Shown: in pieces, positions 36,982-37,107 of the stretch
Numbering within the stretch: the stretch's first letter is position 1
Layout of the letters: each line of letters starts with the position of its first letter
DNA from: Candidatus Bathyarchaeia archaeon
Lineage (GTDB): Archaea > Thermoproteota > Bathyarchaeia > 40CM-2-53-6 > DTGE01
Reading direction: 5' to 3'
DNA length: 37,107 nucleotides
Assembly (NCBI GenBank): GCA_038825355.1
Contig: JAWBPF010000001.1
Span: forward strand, 2,183 to 39,289
Translations under genes and position numbers: made by a program
Notes under the pieces: model-generated
Seen by the model: the letters and a program-made list of their open reading frames with translations, nothing else
What the model was told of the DNA's origin: nothing
Databases searched by the model: none

Positions 36982-37107
36982 CCATCCTCACCTTCTCCAT
37001 GAAGATCTCATCAAGGGCTTTTAAAGCCGACTCAGACCATATGGTGAGCCTTCCAGGATGGGCTCCAGGGGCTAGGTCCCCTACGCTTAAACCATGAATC
37101 CCCGCTA
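36974..37107 (-). CDS. rpl4: 50S ribosomal protein L4 (uL4), C-terminal fragment running off the window
   Basis: The minus-strand frame reads ...AGIHGLSVGDLAPGAHPGRLTIWSESALKALDEIFMEKVRMVA*, ending at a TAG at 36976-36974. DLAPG...GRLTIW is typical of the uL4 C-terminus. Confidence 0.75.
   Translation of the reverse strand, partial: AGIHGLSVGDLAPGAHPGRLTIWSESALKALDEIFMEKVRMVA

Noticed and set aside
1-37107. CRISPR arrays, transposons or IS elements, integrases, toxin-antitoxin pairs, and restriction or other defence modules
   Set aside because: No regularly spaced direct repeats, no terminal inverted repeats flanking ORFs, and no translations resembling transposase, integrase, Cas or nuclease families were seen in any frame.

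Overview
This is an archaeal chromosomal segment. The evidence is the archaea/eukaryote-type ribosomal proteins (L7Ae, S28e, L24e, S6e, S24e, S27ae, S4e), aIF5B, a Sulfolobus-type zinc ferredoxin, and frequent GGAGG/GGTGA-like ribosome-binding sites.

Gene content is almost entirely housekeeping:
- Sugar metabolism: an FGGY sugar kinase and a sugar-phosphate isomerase.
- tRNA-Val(UAC).
- GTP-type PEP carboxykinase.
- A ferritin-like protein and the Zn-ferredoxin.
- A Cys/Met PLP enzyme.
- A complete dapA-dapB-lysA-dapF-dapL lysine operon.
- A glutaredoxin, an M24 peptidase, a NUDIX hydrolase and a radical SAM enzyme.
- A bacterial-type grpE-dnaK-dnaJ operon.
- The rpl7ae-rps28e-rpl24e-infB-rps6e-rps24e-rps27ae cluster.
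- A DUF359 dephospho-CoA kinase.
- tatA and tatC.
- A PPP phosphatase.
- A second, unusually condensed ribosomal protein operon: rpl4-rpl23-rpl24-rps4e-rps8-rpl18.

I saw no CRISPR array, transposase, integrase or recognisable defence genes. I cannot honestly point to a convincing new multi-gene system.

The leads worth a second look are:
1. Two ORF-free, GC-rich, helix-dense intergenic blocks that look like unannotated structured RNAs (about 8225-8600 and 9160-9300).
2. A K-turn/K-loop that sequesters the ribosome-binding site directly in front of the rpl7ae start codon.
3. An 868-bp hairpin-dense gap (28902-29769) holding three copies of a promoter-like 8-mer.
4. A DUF2156-family gene broken by a nonsense codon and an (AT)n slippage frameshift.
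5. The pruned ribosomal protein gene order.

All calls come from reading the sequence and the ORF translations. No database search or folding computation was run.
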